64,000 bases of DNA from Sphingomonadales bacterium (GTDB lineage Bacteria; Pseudomonadota; Alphaproteobacteria; Sphingomonadales; Sphingomonadaceae), in NCBI GenBank assembly GCA_028868195.1, contig JAGWUZ010000007.1, positions 27,145 to 91,144 on the forward strand, given 5' to 3'. The notes beneath the pieces are model-generated. The model saw only the letters and a program-made list of their open reading frames with translations, did not search any database and was not told where the DNA came from. The position numbers and the translations under genes are program-made. Of this stretch, positions 9,836 to 21,180 are shown in pieces (position 1 is the stretch's first letter; every line of letters begins with the position of its first letter).

Positions 9836-10966
9836 ATGTCCCGCAACCCGGAGATGTCCATGCACGAATCGCTGTTCCGCCCGATAAAACTCGGCGCCAT
9901 CGAAGCCCCCAACCGCATCCTGATGGCGCCGTTGACGCGCGGCCGGTCCGAGCCGGGCCACGTCCCGGGCGAGCTGATGGTCGAATACTATCGCCAGCGC
10001 GCCGGCGCGGGCCTGATCCTCACCGAAGCGACCGGAATCAGCGTCGAAGGACTCGGCTGGCCGGCCGCGCCGGGCATCTGGAACGAGGCGCAGGTCGAAG
10101 GCTGGAAAAAGGTCACCGAAGCCGTGCACGAAGCCGGAGGCCGGATCATGATGCAGCTGTGGCACATGGGACGGCTCGTCCATCCCGACTTCCTGGACGG
10201 CGAGCCGGGCGTTTCGTCCTCGGCGACCTGCGCGCCGGGCAATGCGCACACCCCGCTCGGCACCAAGCCCAATGCCCCGGCACGCGCGCTGAAGCTCGAG
10301 GAACTCCCGCGCGTGGTCGACGACTACGGCAAGGCCGCCGCCAACGCCAAGGCCGCCGGGTTCGATGGCGTCCAGCTCCACGGCGCGAACGGCTACCTGA
10401 TCGACCAGTTCCTGCGTGACGGGGTGAACCTGCGCGACGATTGCTACGGCGGCAGCCCCGAAAACCGCGTGCGGCTGATGCGCGAGGTGATGGAGCGCCT
10501 GATCGATGTGTGGGGCGCCGGCCGCGTCGCCATCCGCCTTTCGCCCAACGGCGAGACGCAAGGGGTGGACGATTCGAATCCGCCCGCAACCTTCGGCGAA
10601 GCCGCGCGCGTGCTCGATGCGATGGGCATCGGCTTCCTCGAGCTGCGCGAGCCGGGCCCCGAGGGCACCTTCGGCCAGACCGACGTGCCCAGGCAGAGCC
10701 CGCTGATCCGCTCGCTGTTCAAGGGGCCGCTCGTGCTCAACAGCGACTACACCGCGGCGCGGGCCGAGGCCGACGTCGCCGAAGGCCGCGCCGACGCGAT
10801 CAGCTTCGGTCGCCCCTATATCTCCAACCCCGACCTTGCCCAACGTATCCGCGCCGGAGCGGAGTGGGCGCCAAACGTCGATGTCCCGCGCTCGTGGTAC
10901 CTGCCCGGCGCTCAAGGCTACATTGACTATCCGGCGATGGATGCGGAAACTGCGGCCGCCGAATAG
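9836..10966 (+). CDS. Old yellow enzyme / alkene reductase (NemA-like)
   Basis: NRILMAPLTRGR, YYRQRA.AGLILTEAT, GFDGVQLHGANGYLIDQFL, GGSPENRVRL, ADAISFGRPYISNPDL. Confidence 0.93.
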   Translation: MSRNPEMSMHESLFRPIKLGAIEAPNRILMAPLTRGRSEPGHVPGELMVEYYRQRAGAGLILTEATGISVEGLGWPAAPGIWNEAQVEGWKKVTEAVHEAGGRIMMQLWHMGRLVHPDFLDGEPGVSSSATCAPGNAHTPLGTKPNAPARALKLEELPRVVDDYGKAAANAKAAGFDGVQLHGANGYLIDQFLRDGVNLRDDCYGGSPENRVRLMREVMERLIDVWGAGRVAIRLSPNGETQGVDDSNPPATFGEAARVLDAMGIGFLELREPGPEGTFGQTDVPRQSPLIRSLFKGPLVLNSDYTAARAEADVAEGRADAISFGRPYISNPDLAQRIRAGAEWAPNVDVPRSWYLPGAQGYIDYPAMDAETAAAE

Positions 10967-11014
10967 AATGCAGGCTCGTTGGGCCTGCCGCTGATTTGAG
11001 GAGACCGGCAAGCG

Positions 11015-11896
11015 ATGATTCCCCGTTCCTGGCTGTTCGTCCCCGGCGACAGCGAAAAGAAGCTGTCGAAGGCGGTCGAAACGGGCGCGCACGCGATCAT
11101 CGTCGACCTCGAGGATTCGGTCGCGCCGCAGAACAAGGCGGCGGCGCGGCCGAGGGTGGTCGAATGGCTCAACATCCACCGCCATCAGGTCACCCAGCGT
11201 CCGATGAAGCGCTGGGTGCGGATCAACCCGATGGACGGGCCCTGCTGGCGCGAGGACCTGATCGCGGTGATGGCCGGCGGCCCCGACGGGATCATGCTGC
11301 CCAAGGCTTCGGGGCCCGAGCAGATCCAGCAGCTCGCCGCCGAGCTCTACGAGCTCGAACAGCGCCATGGCATCGTGCCCGCGCTCTCGACCCAGATCCT
11401 GCCGCTGGTCAGCGAGACTCCGCATGCGGCGATGACGATTCCCGCCTACCTCACGGCGCCGATGCCTCGGCTGGCCGGCCTGACCTGGGGCGCCGAAGAC
11501 CTCTCGGCCGCGATCGGCGCCACGCGCAAACGCGACGCCAGCGGCGCGTGGACCGATACCTTCCGTTTCGTGCGCAGCCAGGTCTTGCTCACGGCGCATG
11601 CCAAGGGCATCGCCGCGATCGACACGCTCTACGCCGACTTCTCCGATCCCGCGGGACTCAGGACCGCCGCCGACGCGGCGCGGCAGGACGGCTTCGCCGG
11701 GATGCTGGCGATCCACCCGGCGCAGGTGCCGGTGATCAACCAGGCCTTCCTGCCGGGCGAAGAGGAACTCGCCGAAGCGCGCGCGATCGTCGCGGCCTTC
11801 GAAGCAAACCCCGGCGCGGGCACGTTGCAGGTGGCCGGCAGGATGGTCGATCAGCCGCACCTCAAGCTGGCGCGGTCGCTGCTGGGCATGGGCTGA
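11015..11896 (+). CDS. HpcH/HpaI aldolase / citrate lyase beta-like CoA-ester lyase
   Basis: RSWLFVPGD, IIVDLEDSV, GIMLPK, GLTWGAEDLSA, GFAGMLAIHPAQV, GRMVDQPHL. Confidence 0.9.
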   Translation: MIPRSWLFVPGDSEKKLSKAVETGAHAIIVDLEDSVAPQNKAAARPRVVEWLNIHRHQVTQRPMKRWVRINPMDGPCWREDLIAVMAGGPDGIMLPKASGPEQIQQLAAELYELEQRHGIVPALSTQILPLVSETPHAAMTIPAYLTAPMPRLAGLTWGAEDLSAAIGATRKRDASGAWTDTFRFVRSQVLLTAHAKGIAAIDTLYADFSDPAGLRTAADAARQDGFAGMLAIHPAQVPVINQAFLPGEEELAEARAIVAAFEANPGAGTLQVAGRMVDQPHLKLARSLLGMG

Positions 11897-11911
11897 ACCG
11901 TCCGGCGGGGA

Positions 11912-12232
11912 TCAGTCACCCGAAGGCAGGTCGCCGCCCGCCGAGGCCGCAGGCTGCGGCGCTTCGGCCTGCTGGACCACTTCCTTCGCCACGGTCTTTT
12001 CCTCGGCGTCCTCGGTCGGCGTGGCGTCGGGCGCCCGCGGAGCGAGGGGCGCTTGCGCGGTCTGGCTGTCGAGATCGATCATTGCGTCGCTGATCGTGCC
12101 TTCGAGTACCTTGCCGCCCGCCGCCGCCTGCGAGGCCGAGTCCGCCGACTTGCGCTTGCCGCATCCGGAGACCAGCGCACCGGCAACCAGCAGGACGGCG
12201 AGGACGCGGAAATGGCGGGGGGCGCGGTTCAT
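11912..12232 (-). CDS. Small hypothetical lipoprotein
   Basis: Lipobox LVSGC after a hydrophobic stretch; [16 protein letters not shown] core; ATGA overlap with the lipB stop. Confidence 0.7.
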   Translation of the reverse strand: MNRAPRHFRVLAVLLVAGALVSGCGKRKSADSASQAAAGGKVLEGTISDAMIDLDSQTAQAPLAPRAPDATPTEDAEEKTVAKEVVQQAEAPQPAASAGGDLPSGD

Positions 12233-12915
12233 GCGGGTTCCTTCGAGGTGGCTTCGCCGGGCGGGCAGGGCCGGTCGAGCGCGGCGAGGAAGCGCGGCGC
12301 GCGGGCGAGCAATGCCCGATCCCATGCCTCGGGCGCAACCTCGATTCCCAGGTGGGCCAGGCTGGTCACGCCGAATTCCTCTATCCCGCACGGCACGATC
12401 CCGCCGAAATGCGCGAGGTCGGGCGAGAGATTGACCGAAAAGCCGTGCATCGTCACCCAGCGGCGGATGCGCACCCCGATCGCGCCGATCTTGGCCTCGC
12501 GTCCGTCGGGGCCGCTGGTCCAGATGCCCACGCGGCCCTCGGCGCGCCAGCATTCGAGCCCGAAATCGCCGAGCGTATCGATCACCCAGCCCTCCAGAGC
12601 GTGGACGAAACCGCGCACGTCGCGCGCGCGCCGGGTGAGGTCGAGCAGGACATAGCCCACGCGCTGGCCGGGACCGTGGTAGGTGTAGCGCCCGCCGCGC
12701 CCCGCCTCGACCACCTCGAAGCGCGGGTCGAGCAGCTCGTCGGGCGCCGCGCTGGTGCCCGCGGTATAGACCGGCGGGTGTTCGAGCAGCCAGATCAGTT
12801 CGCGCGCGGTGCCTTCGTGAATCGCGCCGTTGCGCGCGTTCATCTCGTCTAGCGCCGTGCGATAGGGCACGGCCACGTAATCCTGCCGGATCTCCATGTT
12901 CGCGGGAATTTCCAT
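12229..12915 (-). CDS. lipB: Lipoyl(octanoyl) transferase
   Basis: [59 protein letters not shown]. Confidence 0.96.
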   Translation of the reverse strand: MEIPANMEIRQDYVAVPYRTALDEMNARNGAIHEGTARELIWLLEHPPVYTAGTSAAPDELLDPRFEVVEAGRGGRYTYHGPGQRVGYVLLDLTRRARDVRGFVHALEGWVIDTLGDFGLECWRAEGRVGIWTSGPDGREAKIGAIGVRIRRWVTMHGFSVNLSPDLAHFGGIVPCGIEEFGVTSLAHLGIEVAPEAWDRALLARAPRFLAALDRPCPPGEATSKEPA

Positions 12916-13005
12916 CTCGGCCCGCGAAATGGCGCGCAATCGGCGCGAGTGCAAGTGCGGCGGGGCTGTGCAGGCGCGCAAGCCGGCGCTACACAGGCCG
13001 CGATC

Positions 13006-13830
13006 ATGGAACGGACCAAACTCGACATTTCCGAAGCCTGGGCCAGCGCCGTACGCATGGTCGCGGCCAACCGCGACATGCTGATGGCGATCGCCGGCGT
13101 GTTTTTCCTGCTGCCGGGGCTCGCGCTTTCGGTGTTCATGGGTGATCCGCAAGTCGCGCCCGGCACCGACCCCAAGGTAGCTCTGTCGATCCTGGCGCAG
13201 ACCTATCTCTCGGCCGCTCCGCTGCTGATTCTCGTCACGCTGCTGCAGATGGTGGGCACGCTGACCGTGCTGATCGTGATGACCGATCCCGCGCGCCCCA
13301 CCGTCGCCCAGGCGATTCGCCGCGCGACGGTCACCACGCCGCCCTACTTCGGCGCGCAGGTGCTGGTGGGTGTCGTCGTCGGTTTCAGCTTCGTGATGAT
13401 CGCCAGTCTCGCCTCGCTGGCCGGGAGCGCCGTGCTGACCACGGCGGTAGGCCTGGCGCTGGGCGCGGCAATGATCTGGATCGGGCTGCGCGTGTCGCTC
13501 GTCGCCCCGGTGATCGCCACCGACGGCGAGCGCAACCCGCTCCACGCGATCCGGCGCTCGTGGGACCTGATGAAGGGCAATTCGCTGCGGCTGGCCCTGT
13601 TCCTCGGCCTCACGCTGCTGCTGTTCCTCGTGGTCTACGGCCTCGTCATGATGTTCGTGGGCGTGGTGCTGGTGCTGGTTACCGGCGGCGAGATCCAGCG
13701 CGTGCTGCGCGACGTGGTGTCGAGCGCGATCAGCGCGGTGGCGCTGGTCTATCTCGCGGCGATGATCGCCGCGGTGCATCGCCAGCTCGCCGGGCCGCCC
13801 GCGGGCGAAGCGGGCCGGGTCTTCGAATAG
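13006..13830 (+). CDS. Hypothetical multi-pass membrane protein
   Basis: Six or more hydrophobic helices; [12 protein letters not shown] motif seen in DUF975-like membrane proteins; good codon usage. Confidence 0.75.
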   Translation: MERTKLDISEAWASAVRMVAANRDMLMAIAGVFFLLPGLALSVFMGDPQVAPGTDPKVALSILAQTYLSAAPLLILVTLLQMVGTLTVLIVMTDPARPTVAQAIRRATVTTPPYFGAQVLVGVVVGFSFVMIASLASLAGSAVLTTAVGLALGAAMIWIGLRVSLVAPVIATDGERNPLHAIRRSWDLMKGNSLRLALFLGLTLLLFLVVYGLVMMFVGVVLVLVTGGEIQRVLRDVVSSAISAVALVYLAAMIAAVHRQLAGPPAGEAGRVFE

Positions 13831-13848
13831 CCGAAACCGGCCGGAAGG

Positions 13849-14484
13849 TTACTCGCCGTCCTTCTTCCAGCCCCAGAACAGCTGGCACGGCAGCACGTTC
13901 CACAGCTCGAAACCCTTGTCGATGTGGGTGAAGCTCAGCGCCATGAACTCGCGGCACTTGGCCGAGAACTGGTAGACGAGGAACGCCCCGCCCGGGCGCA
14001 GCACGCGGTGCGTGGCCCTGGCGATCGCCGGGCCCACGCCTTCGGGCAGGGTCGAGAAGGGCAGGCCCGAGAGCACGTAGTCGGCGTGGTCGAAGCCGTG
14101 CGACCTGACGATCTCTTCCACATCCGCCGCCGAGCCGTTGACCGCGACGAAACGCGAATCGCCTATCGTGCGCTTCAGATAGGCAATGAAATCGGGGTTG
14201 GTGTCGATCACCAGCAACGTGCCGTCGCGCCGCAGCCGGTCGAGCACCGGGCGGCAGAAAGTGCCCACGCCCGGGCCGTATTCTACGAACAGGTTGCAGT
14301 TGTCCCAGTCGACGGGCGCAAGCATCTTGTCGATCGTGCGGCGCGAGGAGGGGATGATCGATCCCACCATCACCGGGTGCTTGAGGAAGCCCTTGAAGAA
14401 GACGCCCCAGGGTCCGAGCATGTGTTCTGCCTTGCGCTTGGCCCGGCGCATGACAGGCTCGCGCGCGGCTTGGGTGGAAGTCAT
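13849..14484 (-). CDS. pmtA: Phospholipid N-methyltransferase (class I SAM methyltransferase)
   Basis: FLKHPVMVGSIIPSS, VEYGPGVGTF SAM motif, VLSGLPFSTLP, FLVYQFS. Confidence 0.82.
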   Translation of the reverse strand: MTSTQAAREPVMRRAKRKAEHMLGPWGVFFKGFLKHPVMVGSIIPSSRRTIDKMLAPVDWDNCNLFVEYGPGVGTFCRPVLDRLRRDGTLLVIDTNPDFIAYLKRTIGDSRFVAVNGSAADVEEIVRSHGFDHADYVLSGLPFSTLPEGVGPAIARATHRVLRPGGAFLVYQFSAKCREFMALSFTHIDKGFELWNVLPCQLFWGWKKDGE

Positions 14485-14598
14485 TGCTGGCTGGGGTCCT
14501 TCTTGCCGACTAGCGCGGGGCCGTCGCAAATTTGACGCATCATTGCAAGCCGCGAGCGCTCCGCGTATCGCCATCGGACAATGCGAGGGGAGGCCGGA

Positions 14599-15957
14599 GT
14601 GAACAGCGCGACACCGCAAGCTGCGCCGCACGCGCGCCTGCCGCGCGACCGGTTGGCGTTGCTGTTCACGGTCATGCTGGTCACCGCTGCGGGCAATACC
14701 GCGATGCAGTCGGTCATGCCGTCGATCGGCACGCACCTCGGCGTCGCCGATGTATGGGTGAGCCTCGCCTATTCATGGTCGGCGCTGCTGTGGATGGTGC
14801 TCGCCCCGTTCTGGGCGCGCCGGTCGGACCGGCGCGGGCGCAAGGCGATGATGGCTTTGGGCCTGTCCGGCTTCGCCGCGTCCTTCGCCTTGTGCGGCGC
14901 GGTGCTCTACGGCGGGCTCAACGGCTGGTTCGGCGCGGGCATGACGATGGCGCTGTTTGCGCTGTTCCGCTCGCTCTACGGCGGTTTCGGCTCGGCCGCC
15001 CCGCCCGCCGTGCAGGCCTATGTCGCCAGCCGCACGGCCCGCGCCGAACGCACCAGGACGCTGGCCATGATCGTCTCGAGCTTCGGCCTCGGTACGGTGA
15101 TCGGCCCGGCGCTGGCACCGATGCTGCTGTTTCCGGGGTTCGGCCTGACCGGCCCCTTCGCCGCCTTCGCCGCCTTCGCGGTGGTGGTGCTCGTGCTGCT
15201 GCGCACGCGACTGCCGAACGACGACCCGCGCTTCGCCGCGCGCGGCGAGATCGTGGGCGATCCCTACAGCGCGGCATCGGGCGGGCGCAGCCTGCTGCGC
15301 CGCCACGAGGGGGAGGAGATCGCCGAGGACGAGGACCCCGACGAGATCCCGCGCGACGACGGCCAGTCGCACGGCACGCTCCGCTGGGGCGACGCGAGGC
15401 TGCGGCCATGGCTGCTCGCCGGCCTGTTCGGCGGCCAGGTCCAGGCGATCATCCTCGGCGTGATCGGCTTCCTGATCCTCGACCGGCTGGGCCTGCGCGC
15501 CACCCCGGACGCCGGGGCGAGCCCCACGGGGCTCGTGCTGATGTGCGGCGCGCTGGCGACGCTGCTGGCTCAGTGGGGCCTGATCCCCGGCCTCTCGCTC
15601 GGCCCGCGGACTTCGGTGGTGTGGGGTACGAGCCTGAGCGCAGTCGGCATCCTTGGCATAGCGTTCGGCCCCGACCTGCACACCATCGCGGCCGCTTTCG
15701 CCATCTGCTCGCTCGGCTTCGGCCTGTCCCGCCCCGGCTTCACCTCGGGCATGAGCCTCGCCGTGTCGCCATCGGAGCAGGGCCAGGTCGCGGGAATCGT
15801 CGCGGCGGTCAACGGGTCGGCCTACATCGTCTCGCCCGCGATCGGCGTGTGGCTCTATGATCACTCGCAGAACGTCGGATGGATCGTTACCGAGGCGCTG
15901 TGTCTCGGCGCTCTGCTGGTCGCGCTCAGGGCCCTGCCGCGCGACCACGAGGGGTGA
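14599..15957 (+). CDS. MFS transporter (TetA/DHA1-like)
   Basis: 12-TM pattern, motif A-like RRSDRRGRK, GLGTVIGPALA, acidic central loop. Confidence 0.9.
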   Translation: MNSATPQAAPHARLPRDRLALLFTVMLVTAAGNTAMQSVMPSIGTHLGVADVWVSLAYSWSALLWMVLAPFWARRSDRRGRKAMMALGLSGFAASFALCGAVLYGGLNGWFGAGMTMALFALFRSLYGGFGSAAPPAVQAYVASRTARAERTRTLAMIVSSFGLGTVIGPALAPMLLFPGFGLTGPFAAFAAFAVVVLVLLRTRLPNDDPRFAARGEIVGDPYSAASGGRSLLRRHEGEEIAEDEDPDEIPRDDGQSHGTLRWGDARLRPWLLAGLFGGQVQAIILGVIGFLILDRLGLRATPDAGASPTGLVLMCGALATLLAQWGLIPGLSLGPRTSVVWGTSLSAVGILGIAFGPDLHTIAAAFAICSLGFGLSRPGFTSGMSLAVSPSEQGQVAGIVAAVNGSAYIVSPAIGVWLYDHSQNVGWIVTEALCLGALLVALRALPRDHEG

Positions 15958-16105
15958 TTACGCGGCCGCGCCTCCGAATCGCGACAATGCGTGTGGAAAA
16001 CGCACGAATTGCGCCTTGTTGTGACGATTCGTGATGGTTAAGCGCAATGGACAAGACCTGCCCGGCGCGCCCCGGGCGGGCAAGCCCACGGGATACCGAG
16101 CTTCG

Positions 16106-16780
16106 ATGGCCGTGCCGCTGATTTCCCCGTCGATCCTTTCCGCCGATTTCGCCCGGCTGGGCGAGGAAGTGCGCGCGGTCGACGCGGCCGGCGCCGACTG
16201 GATCCACGTCGACGTGATGGACGGACACTACGTGCCCAACCTCACCATCGGGCCGATGGTGGTGAAGGCGCTGCGTCCGCACAGCAAGAAGCCGTTCGAC
16301 GTCCACCTGATGATCAGCCCGGTCGATCCCTACCTCCAGGCCTTTGCGGATGCGGGCGCGGACCACATCATCGTCCATCCCGAGGCGGGACCGCACATCC
16401 ACCGCACACTGCAGGAAATCCGCCGGCTGGGCAGGAAGCCGGGCGTGTCACTCAACCCCGGCACGCCGGCCAAGATGCTCGACTACCTGATCGAGGAGGT
16501 AGACGTGGTGCTGATCATGAGCGTCAATCCCGGCTTCGGCGGGCAGAAGTTCATCTCCAGCCAGCTGCGCAAGATCGAGGCGGTGCGCAAGATGATCGAC
16601 AAGACCGGCCGGCACATCTGGCTCGAGGTCGATGGCGGGGTCGATCCCGGCACCGCGCCGCTCTGCGTCGATGCCGGCGCCGACGTGCTGGTCGCCGGCT
16701 CGGCAACGTTCCACGGCGGGCCGGAACGCTACGCGGCCAACATCGCGGCTCTCAAGGGTATTGCGGGGGAGGACGGCTGA
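16106..16780 (+). CDS. rpe: Ribulose-phosphate 3-epimerase
   Basis: [52 protein letters not shown]. Confidence 0.97.
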   Translation: MAVPLISPSILSADFARLGEEVRAVDAAGADWIHVDVMDGHYVPNLTIGPMVVKALRPHSKKPFDVHLMISPVDPYLQAFADAGADHIIVHPEAGPHIHRTLQEIRRLGRKPGVSLNPGTPAKMLDYLIEEVDVVLIMSVNPGFGGQKFISSQLRKIEAVRKMIDKTGRHIWLEVDGGVDPGTAPLCVDAGADVLVAGSATFHGGPERYAANIAALKGIAGEDG

Positions 16781-16783
16781 TCC

Positions 16784-18658
16784 ATGCACGAAGGCGGCGT
16801 CACCATTGCCCGCGGCAAGCCCGAGGACCGCGCCGCCAGCCACCCGGCGATTCCGCTCGGCCCCGGAGAGGAGGCGCTGCTGGTTGACCACCCCCTGAGC
16901 CCCGCCGCTCCGCAAGAGCCGGAGAGCGTGTTCGCTGCGGACGAGGTCATTGCCCCGGGCCGCGCGCTGACGGTGACCGACTTCTCGCCCCCTTCGCTCG
17001 GCGCGGGCGAGCGGATCATGCGTTTCGCCTATGCGATGGGCCTGACCTCCTCGGTGCTCAAACCCTTCACCAAGACCGTGAAGCCGCGCCTGCTCGCCAC
17101 GGTGAGCAATCCGCTGCCCGGAGACCCGGTCGCGGGCACCGCGCTGCGCGCAGGGCATTTCCTGCTGCTCGGCGTCAAGGCGCCGATCGCCGATATCGAG
17201 TTCTCCGGCCCGCGCCTGTCGCCGCCGTTCGAGCGCATGGTCCACGGCTTCGCATGGCTCGCCGACCTCGAGGCGAGCGCGCCGCGCCAGCAGGTGACGG
17301 GCGTGGCCGAACGCGTTCTGGGCGCATGGCTCGCGGCCAATCCCAGGCCCGACGCGACGCCAGCGTGGGACGTGGCGAACGTCGGCCACCGCATGCTGGG
17401 CTGGCTGGTCCACGCGCCGCTGATCCTGTCGGGCGACAAGGCCACGCGCGCAAAGGTCCTCGCCGCGATGAGCACCACCGCGCGCTGGCTCGACCGGCAC
17501 GTGACCAGGGCCGACGACCGGCTGGGCCAGGTCGCGGGGTGGTGCGGGATCATCGCCGCCGGGCTGCTGCTCGATGGCGGCAAGCCGCGCCGGCTCTATG
17601 GCGAAATGGGGCTGATCCGCGCGCTGGGCGAGCTGATCGGCGACGACGGCGGCGTGCTGTCGCGCAGTCCGCTGGGCCAGATCGAGGCGATCGAACTGCT
17701 GGTGCGGCTCAAGGCCTGCTACGCCGCGACGCGCCGCGACGCGCCCGCGCAGATCGACGTGATCCTGAACCTTCTGGTGCCGCCGCTGCTCGCGATGCTC
17801 CATGGCGACGGCGGCCTTTCCAGCTGGCAGGGCGCCGGCGCGATCCCCGCCGGGCGGATCGAAGCGCTGGTCGCGACGAGCGGCGTTCGCACCCGGCCGC
17901 TGCGCGACGCGCGCCAGTGGGGCTACCAGCGTGTCTCGGCGAGCAAGAGCGTACTGATCATGGACGCCGCGCCGCCCCCGCTTGCCAGGCACACGCGTGT
18001 CGGCTGCGCATCGACGCTGGCCTTCGAATTCAGTCACGGCGCGCAGCGGATAATCGTGAACTGCGGCGGCGCGGCATCGGCCGGCGGGCTGATCCCGCTG
18101 CGGCTCTCGCAGGGGTTGCGCGCCACCGCCGCGCATTCGACGCTGGCGATCGACGATTTCAACTCCACCGCCGTCCTGATCAACGGCAAGCTTGGCAGCG
18201 GAGTGTCCGAGGTCGAGCTGGACCGCCGCTCGCTCGCCGCCGAATCGGGCCCCGGCGCGACGCGGATCGAGTCGAGCCACGACGGCTATGTCTCGCGCTA
18301 CGGCCTCACCCACCGGCGCATCCTGATCCTGCGCGACGACGGCAGCGAGCTGCGCGGCGAAGACCTGCTCGTGCCCGCCGCGCGCAAGGGCAAGCGCGGC
18401 ACGATCCAGGTTGCTCTGCGCTTCCATCTTGCCCCGCATATCGATATCGCGCCGGGCGAGGACGGCCAGGGCGTCACCCTCTCGCTGCCCGACGGCAGCC
18501 TGTGGCAGTTCCGCTCGGGCCGCGATCCGGTGACGATCGAGGACAGCCTGTGGGCCGACGGCAACGGCCGGCCGCAGGGCACCCGTCAACTGGTGGTGCA
18601 GGCCAAGATTCCGCGCAGCGGGGAGACCTTCTCCTGGCTGCTCAAGAAGATGAGATAG
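16784..18658 (+). CDS. Heparinase II/III-family protein
   Basis: [17 protein letters not shown]-like, [55 protein letters not shown] motifs; 3 nt after rpe. Confidence 0.85.
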   Translation: MHEGGVTIARGKPEDRAASHPAIPLGPGEEALLVDHPLSPAAPQEPESVFAADEVIAPGRALTVTDFSPPSLGAGERIMRFAYAMGLTSSVLKPFTKTVKPRLLATVSNPLPGDPVAGTALRAGHFLLLGVKAPIADIEFSGPRLSPPFERMVHGFAWLADLEASAPRQQVTGVAERVLGAWLAANPRPDATPAWDVANVGHRMLGWLVHAPLILSGDKATRAKVLAAMSTTARWLDRHVTRADDRLGQVAGWCGIIAAGLLLDGGKPRRLYGEMGLIRALGELIGDDGGVLSRSPLGQIEAIELLVRLKACYAATRRDAPAQIDVILNLLVPPLLAMLHGDGGLSSWQGAGAIPAGRIEALVATSGVRTRPLRDARQWGYQRVSASKSVLIMDAAPPPLARHTRVGCASTLAFEFSHGAQRIIVNCGGAASAGGLIPLRLSQGLRATAAHSTLAIDDFNSTAVLINGKLGSGVSEVELDRRSLAAESGPGATRIESSHDGYVSRYGLTHRRILILRDDGSELRGEDLLVPAARKGKRGTIQVALRFHLAPHIDIAPGEDGQGVTLSLPDGSLWQFRSGRDPVTIEDSLWADGNGRPQGTRQLVVQAKIPRSGETFSWLLKKMR

Positions 18659-18671
18659 GGAAGCAAACAAC

Positions 18672-20261
18672 GTGAGCGACGTGACGATCCGCCGGGCACT
18701 CCTTTCGGTGTCCGACAAGACCGGCTTGGCCGAACTGGGCAAGGCGCTGGCCGGGCGCGGTGTGGAGCTGGTTTCGACCGGCGGCACCGCCAGGGCGCTG
18801 CGCGATGCGGGGCTGAGCGTGCGCGACGTTTCCGACCTTACCGGCTTTCCCGAGATGATGGACGGGCGGGTCAAGACGCTCCACCCGATGGTCCACGGCG
18901 GGCTGCTCGCCGTGCGCGACAATCCCGAGCACGCCGCCGCGATGGCCGAGCACGCGATCGGCGCGATCGACCTCGTGGTGGTCAACCTCTACCCGTTCGA
19001 GGCGACCGTGGCGAAGGGCGCGGACCGCGACACGATCATCGAGAACATCGACATCGGCGGCCCCTCGATGGTCCGCTCGGCTGCGAAGAACCACCACTAC
19101 GTGACGATTGTCACCGATCCCGCCGACTATGCCGGCCTCGCAACCGAACTCGAAGCGAACGGCGGCGCGACCACGCTCGCCTTCCGCAAGCTGATGGCCG
19201 CGCGCGCCTTCGCGCAGACCGCCGCCTATGACGCGATGATCAGCCAGTGGTTCGCCTTCGCCGACCAGCAGCAGATGTTCCCCGAGATGCTGGCGATCAA
19301 CGGCCGCCGCGTGACCGAACTGCGCTATGGCGAGAACCCGCACCAGCGCGCCGCGCTCTACACGCCGGTCGGTCCGCACGGGAAGGGCATCGCGCAGGGC
19401 GAGCAGGTGCAGGGCAAGGAACTGTCCTACAACAACTACGCCGATGCCGACGCCGCGTTCGAACTCTGCGCCGAATTTAGGGGGCAGGCTCCGGCGGTGG
19501 TCATCGTCAAGCACGCCAACCCCTGCGGGGTGGCGCAGGGCGAAAGCCTCCTCGATGCGTGGAAGGGCGCGCTCGCGTGCGACGACGTTTCGGCCTTCGG
19601 CGGGATCGTCGCGGTCAACCAGGTGCTCGACGGGCCGACCGCCGAGGCGATCTGCGAGATCTTCACCGAAGTCGTGGTCGCGCCCGATGCCGACGAGGCC
19701 GCGCGCGCCGCTTTCGCGAAGAAGAAGAACCTGCGCCTGCTCCTGACCGGCGACCTGCCCGATCCGCGCCGGCCCGGGCTACTGGTCAAGCCGATCACCG
19801 GCGGCCTGCTGGTCCAGACGCGCGACAACGGCGCGATTTCGGAAGCCGACCTCAAGGTCGTGACCAGGCGCGCGCCGACCGGGCAGGAACTGAAGGACTG
19901 CCTGTTCGCCTGGACCGTGGCGCGCCACGTCAAGTCGAACGCGATCGTCTATGCCAGGGACGGTGTGACCTCGGGCATCGGAGCGGGGCAGATGAACCGT
20001 CGCGATTCAAGCCGCATCGCGGCGATGAAGGCGGCCGAGGCGGCGGAGAAGTTCGGCTGGGCCTCCCCGCGCACGGTAGGCAGCGCGGTCGCTTCGGACG
20101 CGTTCTTCCCCTTTGCCGATGGCCTGCTCGCCGCGGCCGAAGCGGGCGCAACCGCAGTGATCCAGCCGGGCGGCTCGATCCGCGACGACGAGGTCATTGC
20201 TGCCGCCGACGATGCGGGACTGGCGATGGTCTTCACCGGGATGCGGCATTTCCGGCATTGA
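18672..20261 (+). CDS. purH: Bifunctional AICAR transformylase / IMP cyclohydrolase
   Basis: [70 protein letters not shown]. Confidence 0.98.
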   Translation: MSDVTIRRALLSVSDKTGLAELGKALAGRGVELVSTGGTARALRDAGLSVRDVSDLTGFPEMMDGRVKTLHPMVHGGLLAVRDNPEHAAAMAEHAIGAIDLVVVNLYPFEATVAKGADRDTIIENIDIGGPSMVRSAAKNHHYVTIVTDPADYAGLATELEANGGATTLAFRKLMAARAFAQTAAYDAMISQWFAFADQQQMFPEMLAINGRRVTELRYGENPHQRAALYTPVGPHGKGIAQGEQVQGKELSYNNYADADAAFELCAEFRGQAPAVVIVKHANPCGVAQGESLLDAWKGALACDDVSAFGGIVAVNQVLDGPTAEAICEIFTEVVVAPDADEAARAAFAKKKNLRLLLTGDLPDPRRPGLLVKPITGGLLVQTRDNGAISEADLKVVTRRAPTGQELKDCLFAWTVARHVKSNAIVYARDGVTSGIGAGQMNRRDSSRIAAMKAAEAAEKFGWASPRTVGSAVASDAFFPFADGLLAAAEAGATAVIQPGGSIRDDEVIAAADDAGLAMVFTGMRHFRH

Positions 20262-20338
20262 GTGTGCCGCCGGGCGGCCTTCCCGCTCGCCGGACCGACA
20301 GGCCGACTAGACGACCGGCCCGCCCGACCGGCGGCTAA

Positions 20339-21004
20339 TCAACGATAGAAGACATGATTGTCGATCCGCGCAAGCCGCTCGCGGTGCCAGCCGGGCGAGA
20401 GGCGCGCGGCGTGGAAGTACAGCGCGCCCTTGACCGGGTTGGTCCAGGCGTTGTCTTCGGCGATTTGCGCGATTCGCACGGCGGTCTGCCAGGCGTGGCT
20501 GCCGGTGTTGATGGGCGGCATCGCCCCGTGGCGCACGAACGAGAACTGCGCGTGCTGGTAGACCACGCCGCAGTACGAATCGGGGAAGCGGCCCGAGGTC
20601 GCGCGGTTGATCACCACGCGGCCCACGGCGAGCTGGCCGGTCAGCGTTTCGCCCTTCGATTCGAAATAGATCGCGCCGGCAAGGCAGCGCATCTGGTCCG
20701 AAAGAACGTCGGGTACCGGCGTTTCGGCGACGAGGCCGGCGAGCGTGGCGGGCTGCTCCGGCTCGATGGCCGCATTGCCGGTGGCGTCCTTCGCCGACGC
20801 ATCGTCGTTCGTCTGCGCGGTGGGCAGCGGCTGGACGACGGGCCTGGCGATGAATTGAGGATCACTCTCGGCGGTCTGCACCGCCGGTTCGGCCGACTTT
20901 TTGTAAACCTGCGCGGCCGCGCCGGAACCTTCGGCGCTGAACAGGATTGTGATCAGGGACGCAGCGACGCTGATGGCGCTGGCGTAACGGAGTTTCTTGC
21001 TCAT
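20339..21004 (-). CDS. Cell wall hydrolase (SleB / Hydrolase_2 family)
   Basis: Signal peptide; CLAGAIYFESKGE, GQLAVGRVVINR, CGVVYQ..QFSF, GALYFHA, IDNHVFYR. Confidence 0.92.
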   Translation of the reverse strand: MSKKLRYASAISVAASLITILFSAEGSGAAAQVYKKSAEPAVQTAESDPQFIARPVVQPLPTAQTNDDASAKDATGNAAIEPEQPATLAGLVAETPVPDVLSDQMRCLAGAIYFESKGETLTGQLAVGRVVINRATSGRFPDSYCGVVYQHAQFSFVRHGAMPPINTGSHAWQTAVRIAQIAEDNAWTNPVKGALYFHAARLSPGWHRERLARIDNHVFYR

Positions 21005-21180
21005 CCAACTGTATTCGAGTGCGGTGAGCGAACCGGGCATGGCGTGGGACGGGCAGGAACGGCATGTGCCGCACGGAGACTGCCCGAACCGGAAGTGCCA
21101 TGGCGGGCGCCCCCCGTCTGCGTGCTAGCGCGCTCCGCTTGCCTGCGGTGCGACGCCGCCTGCGCAACATCGGTTCGCGG

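Noticed and set aside
16448-18985. 845-aa and other long antisense or alternate-frame ORFs (e.g. 3027-5453, 9725-11860, 59923-62292)
   Set aside because: Arg/Ala/Gly-rich, no motifs, fully overlapping well-supported genes.
20262-20338. Degenerate CCGAC/GACCG repeats between purH and the hydrolase
   Set aside because: Short, irregular, no spacers; not CRISPR or a recognisable REP; compatible with GC-rich chance or a weak terminator.
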